Origin: Leptolyngbyaceae cyanobacterium
GTDB lineage: Bacteria > Cyanobacteriota > Cyanobacteriia > Phormidesmidales > Phormidesmidaceae
Direction of reading: 5' to 3'
NCBI GenBank assembly: GCA_965263355.1
Contig: CBDHHL010000032.1
Span: 2,592,001 to 2,656,000 of the forward strand
DNA: 64,000 bases
Part shown: positions 59,151-64,000 of the stretch, one piece after another
How the letters are laid out: each line of letters opens with the position of its first letter
How positions within the stretch are numbered: the stretch's first letter is position 1
Notes under the pieces: model-generated
What the model was told of the DNA's origin: nothing
Database searches by the model: none
Seen by the model: only the letters and a program-made list of their open reading frames with translations
Position numbers and translations under genes: made by a program

Positions 59151-59855
59151 CTACATTAGAATTCTTCCTCCATTTCCTCCATTTCCTCCATTTCCTCCAT
59201 TTCCTCCATTTCCTCCATTTCCTCCATTTCCTCCATTTCCTGTTTCCTCCATTTCCTCTGTTTCCTCCATTTCCTCTGTTTCCTCCATTTCCTCTGTTTC
59301 CTCCATTTCCTCTGTTTCCTCCATTTCCTCTGTTTCCTCCATTTCCTCTGTTTCCTCCATTTCCTCTGTTTCCTCCATTTCCTCTGTTTCCTTTGTTTCC
59401 TTTGTTTCCTTTGTTTTTCGTTTGCTACTTTGCAAAAACGAATGGCCGGAATCCACTAAGAAGCGATCGCGAATAGCCTGACGTCCCAGCAACATGCGAA
59501 ACCCCATCACATCGCGGTTAGTCAGGGTCAGTTCTATGGGCCAGGTGGCATTCCCAAGGGAGACGATGGTGAGTACCACAGGGCGTTTTTCTTGGTGACC
59601 GCCTGAGTCCGTTACTGTGCGTTGGCACAACAGCTTTGCCTCAGCTTGCACCAACTGTTGATCATCATGCTGAATAGGAGCAATTTGGAATCGCACTTTT
59701 TGGATGCCATCCTGATCAAACTGCTCGATGTTAATGGCATGAATGGACGAGGAACGCGCTCCGGTGTCTACTTTTGCCTTAATGCCAGTGATTCCAAAGT
59801 CAGGTAGTCTTACCCATTCCCGCCACCCAATTAGGGGCAATTTCTGGGCATCCAT
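59151..59855 (-). CDS. RimK-associated aspartyl protease-like protein with repeat-derived tail
   Basis: [23 protein letters not shown]. Confidence 0.88.
   Translation of the reverse strand: MDAQKLPLIGWREWVRLPDFGITGIKAKVDTGARSSSIHAINIEQFDQDGIQKVRFQIAPIQHDDQQLVQAEAKLLCQRTVTDSGGHQEKRPVVLTIVSLGNATWPIELTLTNRDVMGFRMLLGRQAIRDRFLVDSGHSFLQSSKRKTKETKETKETEEMEETEEMEETEEMEETEEMEETEEMEETEEMEETEEMEETEEMEETGNGGNGGNGGNGGNGGNGGNGGNGGRILM
59165..59412. repeat. 9/18-bp microsatellite tract
   Basis: (TTTCCTCCA)n, (TTTCCTCCATTTCCTCTG)n and (TTTCCTTTG)n. Confidence 0.95.
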
Positions 59856-59924
59856 CTATTCCCTATTCTCCGATAGTGTGCAACACCCTGCTAACGCTAT
59901 GACAGGTGTTACACACAACGTTTA

Positions 59925-60806
59925 TCACAGGGGTAGCAAATCCCGCTCATATTCCACAATAAAAACATTGGAATATAGGTTCGCAATAATTTGCTTACCC
60001 TCTTGGGTCAGTGCCAGATAGCGCAAACTATCATGCACATACGGATGAACTACTCCCCAGTAAAACTTAGGATAATTACTCCGTAAATCGTGAGGAGTTT
60101 CATACTTTAGCTCTCGATTTTGACCCGTTTCTTCAAACTCATAAAAAAGGGCGCTAATTTTTTTCAGATAGCGTGGATCGCTAAGCTGGCCAATCAAGTC
60201 CGCCGCTCGAATCAAGCCTGGATAATTAACCGTATCTTGATGATCCTCTTCCTTGGGAACTGGGAATCGAGTGAGTTCGATATTGTGTTTAATTCGTTTT
60301 GCATCAATCCGTTCATTCTTACCAAACCGTTCTTCAACAAACAGTTTGCCACGGTCAACGTGATAGGGCGTTAAAGCAGCATCGGTAGCACCGGGATTAA
60401 GCTTAATCATGTCCCCGCTACCCGTAGCATAGAGGCTTTCATGATCGCGATCTTCGCGACACACCCCTTTGACATAGCCGATGTCATGGCAAACCAGTGA
60501 AATAATGAAATGCAGCCAATCCTCAGCGGTTACCCCTCCTTCACGGGTATGCTTACCCCGCAAAATTTCTTGACCAACCAACGTCACCAAAATAGTGTGT
60601 TCGACATTGTGGTAAAGGGCATCGCTATTCGCAATATTTTCGAGGGCCATACTACCGGCCCAGGCGATAATTTCTTCATAATCGTGATGCAGCCCACCGT
60701 AGGTACGTCGATAGCCAAGACGTATTTTTTCAACAAAATCAGCGATTAGAATCTCGGTGACATTGAACATAGTAGGAGCTGCTTTGATGGGAGAAAATAA
60801 ATGCAC
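59925..60806 (-). CDS. HD-domain metal-dependent phosphohydrolase (conserved cyanobacterial family)
   Basis: YHNVEHT, CHDIGY, AADLIGQ; start probably ATG 60770. Confidence 0.88.
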   Translation of the reverse strand: MHLFSPIKAAPTMFNVTEILIADFVEKIRLGYRRTYGGLHHDYEEIIAWAGSMALENIANSDALYHNVEHTILVTLVGQEILRGKHTREGGVTAEDWLHFIISLVCHDIGYVKGVCREDRDHESLYATGSGDMIKLNPGATDAALTPYHVDRGKLFVEERFGKNERIDAKRIKHNIELTRFPVPKEEDHQDTVNYPGLIRAADLIGQLSDPRYLKKISALFYEFEETGQNRELKYETPHDLRSNYPKFYWGVVHPYVHDSLRYLALTQEGKQIIANLYSNVFIVEYERDLLPL

Positions 60807-61216
60807 GGCGTTTAAACTGAGCTAACGCTAACACACCGTAGGGGTACCGTTGAATAGCCAAAGGTCCTGTAACGGAATGGATAGGTAGCGCAGGTTGCGT
60901 ATGGTTTACTGAACAGAAATTTATGTTAAGTAATCACATCCGTTCTCTAGGATGTTTACTTACCAGCTTGCCCAGCGTGAGCAATGGCGGACATAGCCTG
61001 GATAGAGACCTGATTTGTGGAATGTACGGCAGGTGGTTGTGATATCTGCCACATCCTTGAGGTTAGATTGTCAAATAAAACTGTCGCCGACTGTGATCAC
61101 AGTCATACTGAGATACGCCATAATAGCAACAGGTTTACATTTGTTTAAGATTGTTTATACAGGGGTTGTCCTGCAAACAGGGTTTTTCCTGTAGTTGTTC
61201 TGGTAATTGCTAGGCT

Positions 61217-62560
61217 GTGACGTATCGAAATTTTCAAGACGACCCTCAGATCAAAGAATCTACTAATGGTCATTATACGAATGGTGTGGCATTGAGCAGT
61301 ACTTTGCCCAAGCAGCGTTCTGCGCTCTCAGGAATGCGGGGTGTGGGGTTGGGGTTGCTGTTGGGGGTGGGGATTTCTCTAGTCGGTGGCCGCTTGCTAT
61401 CGCGACCTGCTTCTGAGTCAGCGGCAACGGTCACGGAAACTGCTGAAACCTCGACTGGTGCAGCTACTAGCGTGACCGTACAACCAGTAAAACCGGCTGC
61501 AATTCAGCAGGCCTTAAAGGCAACGGGTACTGTCCAGGCCTTTGACTTGCTACAGATTTCTCCTCAGGTGAGTGGGTTGCAAATTCGTGAGGTGTTTGTA
61601 CGGACAGGGGACCAAGTCAATGCAGGGCAAGTTTTAGCCCTGTTGGATGACTCGATATTGCGGACCCAGCTGGCCCAGGCCCAGGCTAACTATGCTCAAG
61701 CAGAGGCGCAGGTGTTGCAAGAGCGGGCAGAACAAGCCCAGGCAGAAGCAAACGCTGCGGAAGCCCAAGACAATTTTGAGCGTAATCAGACCCTGTTTGA
61801 TCAGGGGGGCATTAGTTTACAGGAGTTGAATAGCCTTCGTACCCAGGCAATTACGGCCCGTGAAGCGATTGGTGTGGCGAAGGCAGCCGTACAAAGTGCC
61901 CAAGCAAATGTGAATAGTCGGGGGGCTGAGATTAAGCGGCTGGAAACTCAGCTAGGCCAAACGGTGGTCCAGGCCCCTGCCAACGGTCAGATCGCTGAGC
62001 GCCAAGCCACCGTAGGGGATACGTCATCGACCGGGACTGTCCTATTTACCATGGTGCAAAACGGAGTGTTGGAGCTGGTGGTGGATTTGCCCCAGCGTCA
62101 GTTGTCGGTGGTGCAGGTGGGTACCCCTGTTAAAGTGACGTCTTCGACCAATGCTGAGATTAATCTGTCCGGGGCAGTGCGCTCCATTGACCCTTTGCTC
62201 AATCAGCAAACGCGGCAGGCAGCGGTGAACGTTAATTTATCGGCTAATGCAGCCTTGCGCACTGGGATGTTTTTACAGGCCGAATTTATGACTGGCCAGC
62301 GCAGTGGCTTGGTTTTACCGGCCACCGCTATACTGCCTCAGGCGGACGATAGTTTTAAGGTATTTACCCTCAGTGAAACAAATACGGCAGAGCCGACGAT
62401 AGTGACGGTCGGAGCACGATTACCGGCCACTGCAAATCAGCCTGAGCGGCTGGAGATTTTGTCAGGTCTGAATGAGGGTGACCGGGTGATTGTTGAGGGG
62501 GCAAGCTACTTGCAAGCGGGCGATCCAGTATCGGTAGTACCAGGAATAAGCGGAGACTAA
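61217..62560 (+). CDS. RND efflux periplasmic adaptor
   Basis: Single TM, lipoyl-like motifs (GDQVNAGQVLA, APANG), coiled hairpin, GLNEGDRVIVEG. Confidence 0.92.
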   Translation: MTYRNFQDDPQIKESTNGHYTNGVALSSTLPKQRSALSGMRGVGLGLLLGVGISLVGGRLLSRPASESAATVTETAETSTGAATSVTVQPVKPAAIQQALKATGTVQAFDLLQISPQVSGLQIREVFVRTGDQVNAGQVLALLDDSILRTQLAQAQANYAQAEAQVLQERAEQAQAEANAAEAQDNFERNQTLFDQGGISLQELNSLRTQAITAREAIGVAKAAVQSAQANVNSRGAEIKRLETQLGQTVVQAPANGQIAERQATVGDTSSTGTVLFTMVQNGVLELVVDLPQRQLSVVQVGTPVKVTSSTNAEINLSGAVRSIDPLLNQQTRQAAVNVNLSANAALRTGMFLQAEFMTGQRSGLVLPATAILPQADDSFKVFTLSETNTAEPTIVTVGARLPATANQPERLEILSGLNEGDRVIVEGASYLQAGDPVSVVPGISGD

Positions 62561-62563
62561 CCC

Positions 62564-64000
62564 ATGAATTGGAATATTTCTGAGTGGTCGATCCGTCGGC
62601 CTGTGCCGACGCTCGTGTTGTTTTTGGTGCTCACCCTATCTGGTTGGCTGTCGTTTACTCAGCTCGGTATTGATAACAATCCCAATATTGATATTCCAGC
62701 GGTGATTGTGTCGGTCAATCAGCTGGGAGCGGGGCCAGAGGAGATGGAAACCCAGATCACCAAAACGGTGGAAGATGCGGTTTCTGGCTTAGGCAATATC
62801 GACAATGTGAGTTCGACAGTGACCGATGGTAACTCCACCACGGTGATCAGTTTTGATTTAGGCGTCGATACGGAACAGGCAACTAACGATGTTCGGGATG
62901 CGGTTACCCGAGTGCGCGACGAGCTGCCCCAGGATGCGCAGGAACCTCAGGTAAGGCGGCTTAAGTTTGAAGGGGGACCGATGCTTACCTACACGGTGAG
63001 TTCCGAGACTCGGTCCGTGGAAAATCTCAGCGACCTGGTCGATCGCACCATTTCTACTGAGCTGTTATCGGTGAAAGGGGTGGCTCAGGTACAACGATTT
63101 GGTGGGGTGGATCGCGAGATTATTGTGGATCTAGATCCAAATGAATTGGATGCATTGGGAATTACAGCAACTCAGGTTAATGATCAGATTCGCAGTTCCA
63201 ATATCAACCTGCCGGGGGGGCGCAGCGACATTTCTGGTCAGGAGCAGGGGATTCGTACCTTGGGTAGTGCGCCAACGGTGGAGCGCTTACAGAATTTAGG
63301 AATTCTGCTATCCGATGGTGAAACGGTGCCCTTAGGCACATTGGGAACGGTTGAAGATGCCTTTGGGGAGACTCGACAGTCAGCATATTTAGACAATGAG
63401 CCGGTGGTATCGTTTTCAGTATTTCGCAGCAATGGCAGTTTGTTGGTGGGTGTGGAAGATGGGGTGAGTGATGCGATCGCAACCCTCTCTGAAACCTTAG
63501 ACGACGTCCAATTCGACCTGATCTACACCCGTGCCACCGACGTCCGCGACTCCTATAAAGCGTCCATTGATGCCCTCATAATTGGTTCGTTGTTGGCCGT
63601 TGTGGTAGTCAGCGTCTTTTTACGCAACTGGCGTACCACCCTAATTACCGCCACGGCCCTGCCGCTTTCGATTATTCCCACCTTTGTCGTTATCCAGGCC
63701 CTGGGCTATACCCTCAACAGCATGACCCTGCTGGCTTTAACCCTGGCCGTTGGGAACCTGGTGGACGACGCCATTGTAGAAATCGAAAACGTGGAGCGGC
63801 ACATTGCCATGGGTAAGCGACCCATGCGAGCAGCCATGGACTCCACCGCTGAAGTCGGTTTGGCCGTGGTCACCACCACCGCGACCATTGTGGCTGTCTT
63901 TTTACCCGTGGCCTTTATGGGTGGTGTGCCCGGTCAGTTTTTCCAACCCTTTGGCGTCACCGTAGCAGTCTCCACCATGTTCTCCACCCTGGTGGCCCGT
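62564..64000 (+). CDS. AcrB-family RND efflux permease (runs off the window)
   Basis: Manual translation MNWNISEWSIRRPVPTLVLF...; LNSMTLLALTLAVGNLVDDAIVEIEN. Confidence 0.95.
   Translation, partial: MNWNISEWSIRRPVPTLVLFLVLTLSGWLSFTQLGIDNNPNIDIPAVIVSVNQLGAGPEEMETQITKTVEDAVSGLGNIDNVSSTVTDGNSTTVISFDLGVDTEQATNDVRDAVTRVRDELPQDAQEPQVRRLKFEGGPMLTYTVSSETRSVENLSDLVDRTISTELLSVKGVAQVQRFGGVDREIIVDLDPNELDALGITATQVNDQIRSSNINLPGGRSDISGQEQGIRTLGSAPTVERLQNLGILLSDGETVPLGTLGTVEDAFGETRQSAYLDNEPVVSFSVFRSNGSLLVGVEDGVSDAIATLSETLDDVQFDLIYTRATDVRDSYKASIDALIIGSLLAVVVVSVFLRNWRTTLITATALPLSIIPTFVVIQALGYTLNSMTLLALTLAVGNLVDDAIVEIENVERHIAMGKRPMRAAMDSTAEVGLAVVTTTATIVAVFLPVAFMGGVPGQFFQPFGVTVAVSTMFSTLVAR

Noticed and set aside
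59105..59481. Plus-strand low-complexity ORFs
   Set aside because: Shadow frames of the microsatellite

Overview
Chromosomal DNA from a cyanobacterium, probably filamentous (inferred from frequent HIP1 GCGATCGC, Uma2 genes, mgdE, desA and CHAT/FHA genes). 1-6.5 kb is a zinc-starvation locus (hemB2-znuA-znuC-znuB-COG0523-folE) with a perfect Zur box and a divergent Zur-like gene. About 7.5-25.1 kb is an integron-like cassette array with no integrase in the window. It has at least 6-7 attC hairpins separating co-oriented minus-strand cassettes: two PIN toxin-antitoxin pairs, a C5-methyltransferase plus NotI-family nuclease, a Tse2-like ART plus partner, a HEPN-motif protein, a Crp plus secreted repeat protein, and two dead RAYT/REP modules. 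A candidate attI-like head with 23-bp palindromes lies at the upstream end. Two RNA-guided elements appear to aim at the cassette crossover site. (i) Two IS110/IS1111 copies sit at the same TAA|C position of two attCs; their downstream non-coding region forms a bridge-RNA-like loop whose 10-nt guide co-varies with each copy's own target. (ii) An HNH-bearing group II intron, plus a 5' remnant of a relative, is inserted just after GTTAG(A)C, and its candidate EBS1 loop (GUCUAA) is complementary to that core. A 203-bp MITE with an 8-bp target duplication is also present. The rest (26-64 kb) is mostly ordinary signalling, lipid and transport genes, with two repeat tracts that change reading frame. 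All calls come from reading the sequence; no searches or folding programs were run.
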